The notes below the pieces were generated by a model, which was given only the letters and a program-made list of their open reading frames with translations, had not been told where the DNA came from and ran no database searches. A DNA stretch of 20,000 nt from an uncultured virus (IMG/VR IMGVR_UViG_3300034418_003293) (lineage: Duplodnaviria > Heunggongvirae > Uroviricota > Caudoviricetes), in IMG/VR virus record IMGVR_UViG_3300034418_003293. The stretch is one strand, 5' to 3'. The first letter of the stretch is position 1. The number at the start of each line of letters is the position of its first letter. Of the stretch, positions 1-8,244 are shown one piece after another. A program made the position numbers and the translations under genes.

Positions 1-2
1 TG

Positions 3-812
3 TATAAAGAAGGAGTTGAACTTGATGAAGTAACAACACAAAAACTTTTTATGTTCAACAATAAGAAAGATGCTGATCGAAAGGCAAAAGAGATCGGTGG
101 TGTTGTTAGAGTCTTTGGACCTAAAAACTTCGCTGTTATGACAAAAGATCTAACTGTTGTTAGGGAAGAAGTTGAACTTGATGAAGAACCAAAAACACTT
201 AAACTCGCTCAAGATTCAGCAGTAAGAAATGCAGTTTCTAAAATTCATTCTTTGATGAAAGTTAGAAAAATTAGTCCTTCTCAAGCATACGCGGAATGGG
301 AAAAGGGTACAACTTTTGGTCTTAAATTGAAAGCGCAAGTCAGAGATTCATTGTCATCGCTTCATGAAATGTCTGATGTTCAGATGAAGAAGCGTGAAGA
401 AATTGTTAAAGGTATGAAGAAAAACAGTGGTGATCTGAAAAAACGTTATGGCAATCGTTGGAAAGATGTTATGTATGCAACTGCTACAAAACAAGCGATG
501 AAAGAAGAAGTAGAAATTGATGAAGCTCGTGGACGGCCAAAGAAAGAAGATGATGTATCCTCTGATTCTAACTTTGTTATGCAAATGAGGAAAGCAATTT
601 CTCTAAATGGTAATAAAGTAAACTTCTTAGACGGTTCGTCATCACAAGTTTCTAGTAGAGATGCACAACAATTTATGATAACATATAATAAACAAAAATC
701 TTCTATCGATAAAGGTAGATTAATGAGAAGCGCCCATAAAAGCTTGAAACATTTTAAAATGGCTCTACAAGGTAAAATTGAAAAGCCAAAAAATCCATTA
801 GACTTAGATTGA
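3..812 (+). CDS. 5'-truncated phage head/internal (prohead core-like) protein with repeated E(E/G)VE(L/I)DE motifs
   Basis: The frame of ORF 51..812 stays open back to position 3 (YKEGVELDEVTTQKLFM...), so the gene begins upstream of the window. Three E(E/G)VE(L/I)DE motifs separate basic segments, a pattern typical of protease-processed head proteins in T4-like phages. Confidence 0.55.
   Translation, partial: YKEGVELDEVTTQKLFMFNNKKDADRKAKEIGGVVRVFGPKNFAVMTKDLTVVREEVELDEEPKTLKLAQDSAVRNAVSKIHSLMKVRKISPSQAYAEWEKGTTFGLKLKAQVRDSLSSLHEMSDVQMKKREEIVKGMKKNSGDLKKRYGNRWKDVMYATATKQAMKEEVEIDEARGRPKKEDDVSSDSNFVMQMRKAISLNGNKVNFLDGSSSQVSSRDAQQFMITYNKQKSSIDKGRLMRSAHKSLKHFKMALQGKIEKPKNPLDLD
14..186 (+). repeat. 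17-bp direct repeat agttgaacttgatgaag (14-30 and 170-186), degenerate third copy near 504-525
   Basis: Read directly from the sequence. It encodes the VELDE peptide repeat. Confidence 0.8.
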
Positions 813-822
813 GGAGAAAGTA

Positions 823-1143
823 ATGTCAGAAAGTGAATTGAAAAAAATGTCAAAAAAAGAGTTAGAAGATCGTGGGAGAGCTCTTGGTATTGAATTAGAT
901 AGACGCGAATCAAAGTGGAAACTAGTACAAAAGGTTTTAGAAGCAGAAGCGAATGTATATTTTGCTGAAACTGAAGAAGAAGTTGTAGAAGAAATTTCAG
1001 TTGTTCAACCAGAAACTGTATCAACTAACTCAGAGTATGTTCTAGAAAAGAATGGTTCATTCTGGACTGTTCAATATAATGGTAGAGAAGTAAAGAAATC
1101 ATCAAGTTTAGAAGTATGTCAGAGATTTATTGCTTCTAGATAA
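823..1143 (+). CDS. Hypothetical protein with N-terminal Rho-N/HeH-like helix-extension-helix motif
   Basis: GAGGAG RBS upstream. LKKMSKKELEDRGRALGIELDRRESKWKLVQKV resembles Rho-N/HeH motifs and is followed by an acidic linker. Confidence 0.55.
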   Translation: MSESELKKMSKKELEDRGRALGIELDRRESKWKLVQKVLEAEANVYFAETEEEVVEEISVVQPETVSTNSEYVLEKNGSFWTVQYNGREVKKSSSLEVCQRFIASR

Positions 1144-1200
1144 TTTATATTATGCCGAGTAGGATAATTGATTAAAATCCGAAAAGAGAAAGGAAAATAA

Positions 1201-1905
1201 ATGTCAAGTTGGGATTTTAGAAGAGAAAGTACAGCCGTTGCATCAGGCGCTAATACTGTAGCTGGTATTGTTGCTGGTTATCAACCATTCCCAGAAGCCG
1301 ATAATTTGGCTTCTAAGAGAAATGTTATTGCAACTAGAGTAGGTTGGGTTCGTCGTCAAAATAAAACTGATATGCATGGTAGTACCCGCACTATCGATGA
1401 AGTTTTAGTCGCGGCTGCTCCAGGTTCAGGATTTTTCTACACATCCAATACACATCTAGGTAAAGCAGATATCGCACAAGTGTATGTAAAGTTAAACGCT
1501 AATGGCGTTATTTCTGCTAACGTGTCTGCAAACCTTTATGTTGTATTCAACGGACCAATTAAGTTTAAGAATAGTGGTAACGCATTATCAATCAATCTTT
1601 CTAACACCGCCGGTGGTAATAATGGTGTTGCTAGATTTACCGCACAAACAGCATCTAATCTAATTGGTGCTAATAATACACTGGTATTTACAATGCCTGC
1701 TCTACAAGGTGGATCTGGTTCTGCTAAGGCTACATATCATGTTAATGCACAAGCGATATCTGTAACTGGTATGCCACTGTACAACCCAGAAGAAGGTATT
1801 GTTTATGCTGCTAACGTTACAATTACTGGCGCTGTCGCTAATAACCTTACTAATGGTGCCGGCACTCGCGTTACTAACTTCCAGGTTAGCCCAAAAGGCG
1901 TATAA
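1201..1905 (+). CDS. Putative virion structural protein (T4-like myophage family, beta-rich/Ig-like C-terminus)
   Basis: AAGGA RBS; Gly/Ala/Asn/Thr-rich. GWVRRQNKTDMHGSTRTIDEVLVA resembles a motif recalled from cyanophage-type virion proteins. Confidence 0.6.
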   Translation: MSSWDFRRESTAVASGANTVAGIVAGYQPFPEADNLASKRNVIATRVGWVRRQNKTDMHGSTRTIDEVLVAAAPGSGFFYTSNTHLGKADIAQVYVKLNANGVISANVSANLYVVFNGPIKFKNSGNALSINLSNTAGGNNGVARFTAQTASNLIGANNTLVFTMPALQGGSGSAKATYHVNAQAISVTGMPLYNPEEGIVYAANVTITGAVANNLTNGAGTRVTNFQVSPKGV

Positions 1906-1916
1906 GGATATAACTA

Positions 1917-2360
1917 ATGGCAGATAAGAAGGTATCACAGCTTACAGCTTTGACAAGTCCCAATGATGAAGACCTTCTTCTTATTGTGGACGATCCTAAT
2001 GGAACGCCTGTAAGCAAGTCGATTACCGTAAAGACTCTCCTAGGCGCGTTACCGTCAAATACTTCTATCACAGGAAGTTTGACGGTATCCGCTAATGGGT
2101 CATTTACTGGTAGTAATGTTAATTTCACATCAAACGTTGTAGTGACTGGTACAACTACAATGTCTCAGATTGTTGGTGCTACTAATCGTATCACAATCAA
2201 GACAAGTAAAACACCAGGAACAAATAACTCAACAACCGAGTTTGGATCTCCTACCACTGATAGACCCCATGATGGTTCTATCTTCTGGGATTCAAACTAT
2301 CTCTATTTGTGTACATCAAATACGGTGATTAAAAGGGTAGCTTTATCAGTGTTCTCATAA
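1917..2360 (+). CDS. Putative tail-fibre/virion decoration protein
   Basis: N-terminus MADKKVSQLTALT..DLLLIVDD and C-terminal GSIFWDSNYLYLC..KRVAL are fibre-type modules; Ser/Thr-rich middle. Confidence 0.6.
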   Translation: MADKKVSQLTALTSPNDEDLLLIVDDPNGTPVSKSITVKTLLGALPSNTSITGSLTVSANGSFTGSNVNFTSNVVVTGTTTMSQIVGATNRITIKTSKTPGTNNSTTEFGSPTTDRPHDGSIFWDSNYLYLCTSNTVIKRVALSVFS

Positions 2361-2370
2361 GGAGAAATAA

Positions 2371-3006
2371 ATGTCATATTATTTGTTATCATTATTATTA
2401 GCTTTACCGTTATTTGTTACTTGGTCATATAGAGGCGGTTCAATACCCAATCAACAGAGTTGGGGGTTTCTGGGTAAATCCAGACCCCTTACTCTATTGG
2501 GCACACCTTTATTTCTTTTATTATCAATGACGGCGATAATTTGTAACAAACAAGATTTAGGTCTTGTTGGTTCTAGTTTAGCAGTTATTGGATTTTTAGC
2601 ATTCTTTGCTGCGCAAACTACTGGATGGGGCAGACAAATGGATCTTGGCCGTAATGACAGACCAGACGATGAATTAGGTTGGCAGATTAGAGATATTTTC
2701 TTTACAGAAAAATCTTCATTTAGTAGAGACTTAACTGGTCTATATATGAGAATGGCTCAATTTTTAATTCCCGCCGCACTATGGTATTTTGTCAATCCAA
2801 TGATGGCTTTACCTTGTGTTGTCTTAGCATTATTAGCACCATTGTTATGGGTTGTCGAACATAAAAAGTTTTATCTAAAGGATTTAAATCCCGCTGAACA
2901 TGCACCATTTGGAGGTAAACTAGGACATTCATGGGTGGAATTTTATATAGGAACAATGTTGTTTGTCTCAACAGTTATCGCAAATACAGTAATCTATATG
3001 ACATGA
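2371..3006 (+). CDS. Hypothetical multi-pass membrane protein
   Basis: AAGGAG RBS; about 5-6 hydrophobic segments. Confidence 0.65.
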   Translation: MSYYLLSLLLALPLFVTWSYRGGSIPNQQSWGFLGKSRPLTLLGTPLFLLLSMTAIICNKQDLGLVGSSLAVIGFLAFFAAQTTGWGRQMDLGRNDRPDDELGWQIRDIFFTEKSSFSRDLTGLYMRMAQFLIPAALWYFVNPMMALPCVVLALLAPLLWVVEHKKFYLKDLNPAEHAPFGGKLGHSWVEFYIGTMLFVSTVIANTVIYMT

Positions 3007-3383
3007 ATTTAACTGATCTGAATTTGGAATTATATGCCGCTAAGTATTATAATAATCCTAATTGTGTAGATATGGAAGAATTTTATGAAGATTTCAATAG
3101 ATTAAAATATGTGAAAAGACTTATAAAAAGACATGCTGAAGGTGGTGAATTAAAAGAAAGATTGATTCTTAATCATATTGTCATTTTATACAATGTGTTT
3201 GAAAATGAAGCGTGTACTAGAATGATTTACTTTAAAATGAAAAAGTATCTATCTTATGTTGCACCATTTCTTATTTTAATAAGAAGAATGCCTAAAAAAA
3301 TATTGGATGAAAATAATAATATATATTATACATCTAATATTAAGTTAGATGAACATGTGATAGAAAAATTAAGGAATATTTAA
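3003..3383 (+). CDS. Conserved T4-like phage hypothetical protein (PHA02335-like), 126 aa
   Basis: Likely start is ATG 3003 (ATGA overlap with the upstream stop). Motifs YAAKYYNNPNC..EEFYEDFNRLKYVKRL and LILNHIVILYNVF match a conserved myophage family as recalled. Confidence 0.7.
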   Translation: MNLTDLNLELYAAKYYNNPNCVDMEEFYEDFNRLKYVKRLIKRHAEGGELKERLILNHIVILYNVFENEACTRMIYFKMKKYLSYVAPFLILIRRMPKKILDENNNIYYTSNIKLDEHVIEKLRNI

Positions 3384-3904
3384 TGTCACAGACAGTAGAT
3401 TTATTTTTAGTATATCAGTTCATAAAAAGATTGTCAACACCTTTCAACGAAACTAAGGCTTTTCGGTTAGGACTGATTGATGAGAAAGGAAAGAAATTAA
3501 AGAAAGCGTCTTCTTCAGAAGAGAAGAACGCAATGACTTATTATGATCGTTTGATATTCAATCTCAAAAGACTTCTATCTAAAGTTGGAGTAGAAAGTAA
3601 GTTTACGACATTTGCCGCAGCACTATTTCTTATCAAAGAAGGGAATAAACCTAAAGATAAGAGAGTGACTTACATTAGTGAAAGTGATTTTTATGAGTTT
3701 AAGAACGAAAATAAGAAACTTTTGTTGAGTTTAATGAATGAAGATGCTCCTGTTAATGCTGTAGGTGGTGGTAATATTGCTGGCGCTGGTCCTGGTGAAG
3801 ATCCACCAATGAGAAAAAAAGTTATTGATAGATATAGAAAGAAAAATAAAGCACAAGCAAATACTGTAGGTCGCAAGACGTTCTCTATGATTAGGACTGC
3901 ATAA
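3383..3904 (+). CDS. Conserved T4-like phage protein (long gp61.1-like family)
   Basis: YQFIKRLSTPF..AFRLGLIDEKG..YYDRLIFNLKRLL N-terminal region plus a NEDAPVNAVGGGNIAG tail; lies upstream of primase as in other T4-like phages. Confidence 0.55.
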   Translation: MSQTVDLFLVYQFIKRLSTPFNETKAFRLGLIDEKGKKLKKASSSEEKNAMTYYDRLIFNLKRLLSKVGVESKFTTFAAALFLIKEGNKPKDKRVTYISESDFYEFKNENKKLLLSLMNEDAPVNAVGGGNIAGAGPGEDPPMRKKVIDRYRKKNKAQANTVGRKTFSMIRTA

Positions 3905-5466
3905 TGGCTCAGTGGCGTAAAGATATACAAGAATATGATGGTCAATCGACTCGTCATGAAGTACACATTCGAGCAGATCAATACGGTAATTTGTTAGGTG
4001 AAGGTGCAACACATAAATCTGCATTTGGTGAACTTATATCAATACCTATTACACCAGTAATTCAGTTGGATGGTCTTTACGGATTAACGTCAAATAAATT
4101 CGAAACATTTGTTGGTGCTGCTAGTGGTACCGCTAATACAACTCCTACTCTTATGCAAGTTGGCACAGAATCTGGCATAGGAGGATATGGTGTTATTCGT
4201 TCTAGAAGAGCTGTTAGATATCGCCCAGGACAAGGAGCTTTGTGTAGATTTACTGCAAAGTTTCATACAGGAACCGCAGGATATACACAAAGAGCAGGGT
4301 TTTTCGCGCAAGAACAAGCACTTCAAGTAGGATATGATGGCACGTCTTTTGGTATTCTAAGAGAAAATGGCGGTAAAGCTCATATTCACGTATTTCAAAT
4401 AACAACACTAGATGCTGGAGATGTTACTGTTGAACTTAATGGAACATCATACGCCGCAGTTACAGTATCTGGTACTACATTAGGTGATAGAATTGCTTCA
4501 CTTAGTGCAGGTCTTTTATTAGACAACAGTTTCTCCGAAGCATGGATACCTGAATATGATAATACAAAGATTTGTTTTCTTTCTAGAAGTCTTGGTGTTA
4601 AAGGCGGTGCTTATTCTATGTCTAGCACAGCAACAATCTCTACAACAAATAGTACTATACAAACGGGAATATCTACAACAGCTACTTGGATACCACAAAC
4701 ATCGTTCAATATAGATAAGTTAGATGGAAATGGTCCAAGTGGTGTATTATTAGATCCACAAAAATTAAATGTGTATCAAATAAATTTTCGTTGGTTGGGC
4801 GCTGGTGAAATGAGATTCGCGGTAGAGAATCCAATTAATGGTGATATGATATTTTTTCACCATATTCATTATACTAATCAAAATACAGATGTACATATTG
4901 ATAATCCTTCATTAAAAATTGGTTATGTGGCAGCAAGTCTCGGTGGGACTGGGACGAATGTTATAGTTCAAGGTGCATCAATGATGGGTGCTGTAGAAGG
5001 ATTAATATCATCTACAGCACTACCAACTTCTGCTACAAATACTAGAACTACAGGAATGACTTCTGGTACAGAGTGGACTGTTCTGGGTATTAGAAATAAC
5101 GTTATTCACACTAATAAAATTAACATGAGAGAGATGATATTAAAGTCACTCAGTGTTGGTGGCACAACAGCAGGTGGAGCACCACTCACAGTAACGATGT
5201 GGTATAATCCTGTAACCGTTGATAATCTGGCTTGGTTGCCAAGAGGAAATGAATCTGCTTCGTTATATAGTACAACAGAAACAAGTGTAACAACAACAGG
5301 TTTAGTACCATTATTTTCTATTTTACTTTCTGATAATGCTTCAGAAATTGTAAACCTAGATGATTTGAGAATAGTAATTCCACCCAATAATGAAATTGTA
5401 ATAACAGTAATATCTACTGCTAATATAAATAGAGCCGGCGCTGCATTAACTTGGTTAGAAGATTAA
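3904..5466 (+). CDS. Putative virion structural protein, beta-sandwich/lectin-like, 520 aa
   Basis: Thr/Gly/Ser-rich. Motifs IRSRRAVRYRPGQG and QINFRWLGAGEMRF are recalled from a widespread phage structural family. Confidence 0.55.
   Translation: MAQWRKDIQEYDGQSTRHEVHIRADQYGNLLGEGATHKSAFGELISIPITPVIQLDGLYGLTSNKFETFVGAASGTANTTPTLMQVGTESGIGGYGVIRSRRAVRYRPGQGALCRFTAKFHTGTAGYTQRAGFFAQEQALQVGYDGTSFGILRENGGKAHIHVFQITTLDAGDVTVELNGTSYAAVTVSGTTLGDRIASLSAGLLLDNSFSEAWIPEYDNTKICFLSRSLGVKGGAYSMSSTATISTTNSTIQTGISTTATWIPQTSFNIDKLDGNGPSGVLLDPQKLNVYQINFRWLGAGEMRFAVENPINGDMIFFHHIHYTNQNTDVHIDNPSLKIGYVAASLGGTGTNVIVQGASMMGAVEGLISSTALPTSATNTRTTGMTSGTEWTVLGIRNNVIHTNKINMREMILKSLSVGGTTAGGAPLTVTMWYNPVTVDNLAWLPRGNESASLYSTTETSVTTTGLVPLFSILLSDNASEIVNLDDLRIVIPPNNEIVITVISTANINRAGAALTWLED
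5424..5431 (+). promoter_or_regulatory. T4-type late promoter TATAAATA
   Basis: Exact gp55 consensus about 45 bp upstream of the small membrane ORF that opens the spanin cassette. Confidence 0.6.
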
Positions 5467-5476
5467 GGAGAAAAAT

Positions 5477-5629
5477 ATGTTAGAATGGTTAGGTTCAATT
5501 TTAGATCACATTAACTGGTTCTGGTTAATTGTAGGTCTATTAGTTGGTTGGAACGTATTACCACAACCAGCTTGGGTTTCTAGTTCAATCGCATGGGTTA
5601 AGAACAAAGTTAAAGGCGCTGGTGCGTAA
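5477..5629 (+). CDS. Small membrane protein, 50 aa (holin/antiholin candidate); not in ORF track
   Basis: AAGGAG RBS. MLEWLGSILDHINWFWLIVGLLVGWNVLPQPAWVSSSIAWVKNKVKGAGA has one TM segment and a basic tail; TAATG coupling to the i-spanin. Confidence 0.7.
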   Translation: MLEWLGSILDHINWFWLIVGLLVGWNVLPQPAWVSSSIAWVKNKVKGAGA

Positions 5630-6114
5630 TGTCTCGTATCTTAGTTCCTTTAATTCTTCTGTTAATCATCGGTGGATTAGGCGCCGGTGGTTACTTCTAT
5701 ACGCAAATGCTTGAAGCTAAACTTGAAGCACAAGAGCAAAAAACTCAGCGCGCATTAGAAGTAGCAGAAGAACAAAAGGTAACAATGGAGAGAATGCAAG
5801 CAGACATTCAAAAGATGGCTGAAATTCAACAAGAGTTGAATACCAAGATAATTGCCGCTGAACAGAATGTAGTTAATCTAAATAATAAGTTTGATACAGA
5901 CTCTAGCGGCAAAGCGCGTGACATTGGTAGAAAAGCAATAGAAGATCCAGTCAAATGGAGCATAAAGATAAATAGAGCTACAAAGGATGCTTTGAGATGT
6001 AATGAGTTGGCTTCTGGTGCTGAGGCACTACCAGATGAGAAAAATAGTCAATGTCCAGAACTTGTGCCTGGTGGTGGATACGAAACCCAACCTAAAGAAG
6101 AAAAAAAACAATGA
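5629..6114 (+). CDS. Inner-membrane spanin (Rz-like)
   Basis: Single N-terminal TM segment, long coiled coil, two C-terminal Cys; directly upstream of a lipoprotein gene. Confidence 0.75.
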   Translation: MSRILVPLILLLIIGGLGAGGYFYTQMLEAKLEAQEQKTQRALEVAEEQKVTMERMQADIQKMAEIQQELNTKIIAAEQNVVNLNNKFDTDSSGKARDIGRKAIEDPVKWSIKINRATKDALRCNELASGAEALPDEKNSQCPELVPGGGYETQPKEEKKQ

Positions 6115-6476
6115 AAAAGATACTTTCATTAGTAACCGTTTCTTTTCTTGTTGTCGGATGTCAGACTTCCAGTTTGAATAAGTTTTTAGTGAAACCAAAG
6201 GTAGTTGAAAAACCAAATTTGGTAGTACAGACACCAAGACCTGTACAGAGTAAGAATGTAGAGTTTGTTATTATTACAAAAGAGAATGTGGATGAAGTTT
6301 TTAGTAACTTAGAAAAAAGTGGACAGGATATGGTTTTCTTTGCACTTACTGACGATGGATATAAAGCCTTGTCACTAAGTGTCGCAGATATGAGAAGATA
6401 TATAGTACAACAAAATGCAGTAATTAAAGCATATAAAGACTATTATCAACCCAAGAAAGAAGAAGCAAAGAAGTGA
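6111..6476 (+). CDS. Outer-membrane spanin lipoprotein (Rz1-like)
   Basis: Signal peptide MKKILSLVTVSFL with lipobox VVG-C17 and a Pro-containing segment; ATGA overlap with the i-spanin. Confidence 0.78.
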   Translation: MKKILSLVTVSFLVVGCQTSSLNKFLVKPKVVEKPNLVVQTPRPVQSKNVEFVIITKENVDEVFSNLEKSGQDMVFFALTDDGYKALSLSVADMRRYIVQQNAVIKAYKDYYQPKKEEAKK

Positions 6477-6649
6477 TTGGTGAGATTAGATATTGTGAAG
6501 ACTGCGGTCATAGGTGTCACTGTTATGATTCTGTATGCATTGAAAATGTCGGTATAGGCATGAAAGATAAATCAGAAAAATGCGGTTGCGGAGTATGTAA
6601 CTGTTTAGGAGGACACCATGGAAGAGAATCAGGAGAAACCAAAGACTAA
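6473..6649 (+). CDS. Cys/His-rich 58-aa peptide, metallothionein-like; not in ORF track
   Basis: GTG start overlapping the o-spanin stop (GTGA). MIGEIRYCEDCGHRCHCYDSVCIENVGIGMKDKSEKCGCGVCNCLGGHHGRESGETKD has 9 Cys and 4 His. Confidence 0.6.
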   Translation: MIGEIRYCEDCGHRCHCYDSVCIENVGIGMKDKSEKCGCGVCNCLGGHHGRESGETKD

Positions 6650-6740
6650 AATTGATTGGTTATGGTCTGCTCCTGAGTATTTCAGTCGTTGGCGTTTATT
6701 TCCCAGAGCATTTATTAGCATGAATCTCGGTATTAAATAA
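6618..6740 (+). pseudogene. 40-codon ORF, probably the truncated N-terminus of a phage holin-like membrane protein
   Basis: Strong AGGAGG RBS. MEENQEKPKTKIDWLWSAPEYFSRWRLFPRAFISMNLGIK*. The WRxFPR motif is recalled as the start of the TM region in a phage membrane family, but the ORF stops immediately after it. Confidence 0.45.
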
Positions 6741-7147
6741 TGTCAAACCTAGAAACAGAAGTAAAAATTCTTCAAAAAGATTTAGTAACATTTCAAAATA
6801 TCTTAGATAGATTTGATATTACTATCAATAAACTTACTGAGGTTAGTAATAATTTAAATAAAGTTATTGCTGTACAAGACTCTCGTATCGATACACAAGA
6901 AAAAGCAATAGAAATAGTACACAAAAGAATAACCGATATGAAAGACGAAATACACGAAGAACTTTCAGATCATTATCAAGTTATTCTGGAAAAGATTAAA
7001 GAGTTACAAGTAGAACAAAAGATACATGCTGATGAAATGTCTAAAAGAGTTGACGCACTAGAGAAATGGAGATATATTGTTATGGGTGGTGCTGTTGCTC
7101 TTGGTTTCTTACTCAGCAAAGTAAATATCATTGATTCATTATTCTAG
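6740..7147 (+). CDS. Coiled-coil protein with C-terminal TM segment (XhlA/holin-like)
   Basis: Long heptad region, then LEKWRYIVMGGAVALGFLL; sits between the spanins and primase. Confidence 0.6.
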   Translation: MSNLETEVKILQKDLVTFQNILDRFDITINKLTEVSNNLNKVIAVQDSRIDTQEKAIEIVHKRITDMKDEIHEELSDHYQVILEKIKELQVEQKIHADEMSKRVDALEKWRYIVMGGAVALGFLLSKVNIIDSLF

Positions 7148-7159
7148 GCTAACAATATA

Positions 7160-7188
7160 ATTCTACAGTCTGTCAACCGTTTTGTCAA
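7160..7188 (-). promoter_or_regulatory. Antisense sigma70-type promoter TTGACA-N17-TAGAAT
   Basis: + strand tgtcaa at 7183-7188 and attcta at 7160-7165, 17-bp spacer; points leftwards into the lysis cassette. Confidence 0.55.
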
Positions 7189-7201
7189 CTAAAAAATGCA
7201 G

Positions 7202-7230
7202 TTGACAGTAATAATTTTATCATGTATACT
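7202..7230 (+). promoter_or_regulatory. Sigma70-type early promoter TTGACA-N17-TATACT
   Basis: ttgaca 7202-7207, tatact 7225-7230, then the GGAGGT RBS and primase start. Confidence 0.85.
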
Positions 7231-7251
7231 TCTATCATATTGGAGGTGTGA

Positions 7252-8244
7252 ATGCTTTGGATTGATACAAAATACGCTAATCTTCTCTCGCCAAGACTAG
7301 ACAAGTATAAAGTCAAACAGACGAATCCGTTTGTGGCTAACTTTAGATGTCCTGTTTGTGGTGACTCTTCTACTAATCCAAATAAGGCGAGAGGTTACTT
7401 TCTTCAACACAAAAATACAGTAATGATGAAGTGTCATAACTGTGGTATCACTATGTCTTTCGATAAGTTTATGGAAAGAATAGATAACCCTCTTTATATG
7501 CAATATAGATTAGAAAAATTTGGAAAAAAATTTGTAAAAGAATCTTTTGATTTTAAACCTAAATTTGAAACAAAAAGTGTGAAAGACCTTCCAAACTTTA
7601 TCAAAAATATCACAGAATTGAAAGAAAATCACCCAGCAGTCGAATATTGTAAAAGTAGAAAACTGCCAAATTATAAATTAAAATACATCTACTATATTGA
7701 TGATGTATCGAGAGTGACCGAAGTAGTAGAACAATACAAAGATCGTATCAAGTCAAACGAGGGGAGAATAGTACTACCATTTTACACAAAAGATGGTGAG
7801 GTGGTAGGTTTTACAATGAGAGCAATTGATAACAATCGATTGCGATATCTTACTATTCGTTTGAAAGAAGACCATCCTATGATATTTGGGCTCGAAAGAG
7901 TCAATATGAAGAAACAGGTTTTTTGTGTCGAAGGACCTATTGACAGTCTGTTTCTTTCGAATAGCGTTGCTGTTTCTGGCGCTGATATGAAGAAAGCTAT
8001 TGACATACTGCCTGAAAATACTGTATATATATTTGATAATCAACCGCGAAACAAGCAATTGATAAAACAGATAAAGGGTATGATTACTAGAGGATATACA
8101 GTTTGTATCTGGCCAAATACTCTTCATGGTAAAGATATAAATGATATGGTAAAGATTGGTTATGATGTGGAGAAGATTATACATAATAACTCATACAAAG
8201 GACTTGAAGCAGTATTGAAATTAACAATATGGAGGAAAGTGTAA
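7252..8244 (+). CDS. 61: DNA primase (T4 gp61-like)
   Basis: Zn ribbon NFRCPVCGDS..KARG..KCHNCG; TOPRIM motifs VEGPIDSLFL, IFDNQPRN and KDINDM. Confidence 0.95.
   Translation: MLWIDTKYANLLSPRLDKYKVKQTNPFVANFRCPVCGDSSTNPNKARGYFLQHKNTVMMKCHNCGITMSFDKFMERIDNPLYMQYRLEKFGKKFVKESFDFKPKFETKSVKDLPNFIKNITELKENHPAVEYCKSRKLPNYKLKYIYYIDDVSRVTEVVEQYKDRIKSNEGRIVLPFYTKDGEVVGFTMRAIDNNRLRYLTIRLKEDHPMIFGLERVNMKKQVFCVEGPIDSLFLSNSVAVSGADMKKAIDILPENTVYIFDNQPRNKQLIKQIKGMITRGYTVCIWPNTLHGKDINDMVKIGYDVEKIIHNNSYKGLEAVLKLTIWRKV

Noticed and set aside
446..1024. 192-aa minus-strand ORF and the other minus-strand or nested ORFs in the track
   Set aside because: They lie antisense to, or out of frame within, well-supported + strand genes and have no recognisable motifs; they are shadow ORFs.
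1144..1200. Possible structured leader (ggat...atcc) before the structural gene
   Set aside because: Only a weak 4-bp stem; an RNA motif or terminator cannot be supported without covariation data.
2931..3002. N-terminal extension of ORF 2931..3383
   Set aside because: It overlaps the membrane gene; ATG 3003 gives ATGA coupling and the family-like N-terminus.
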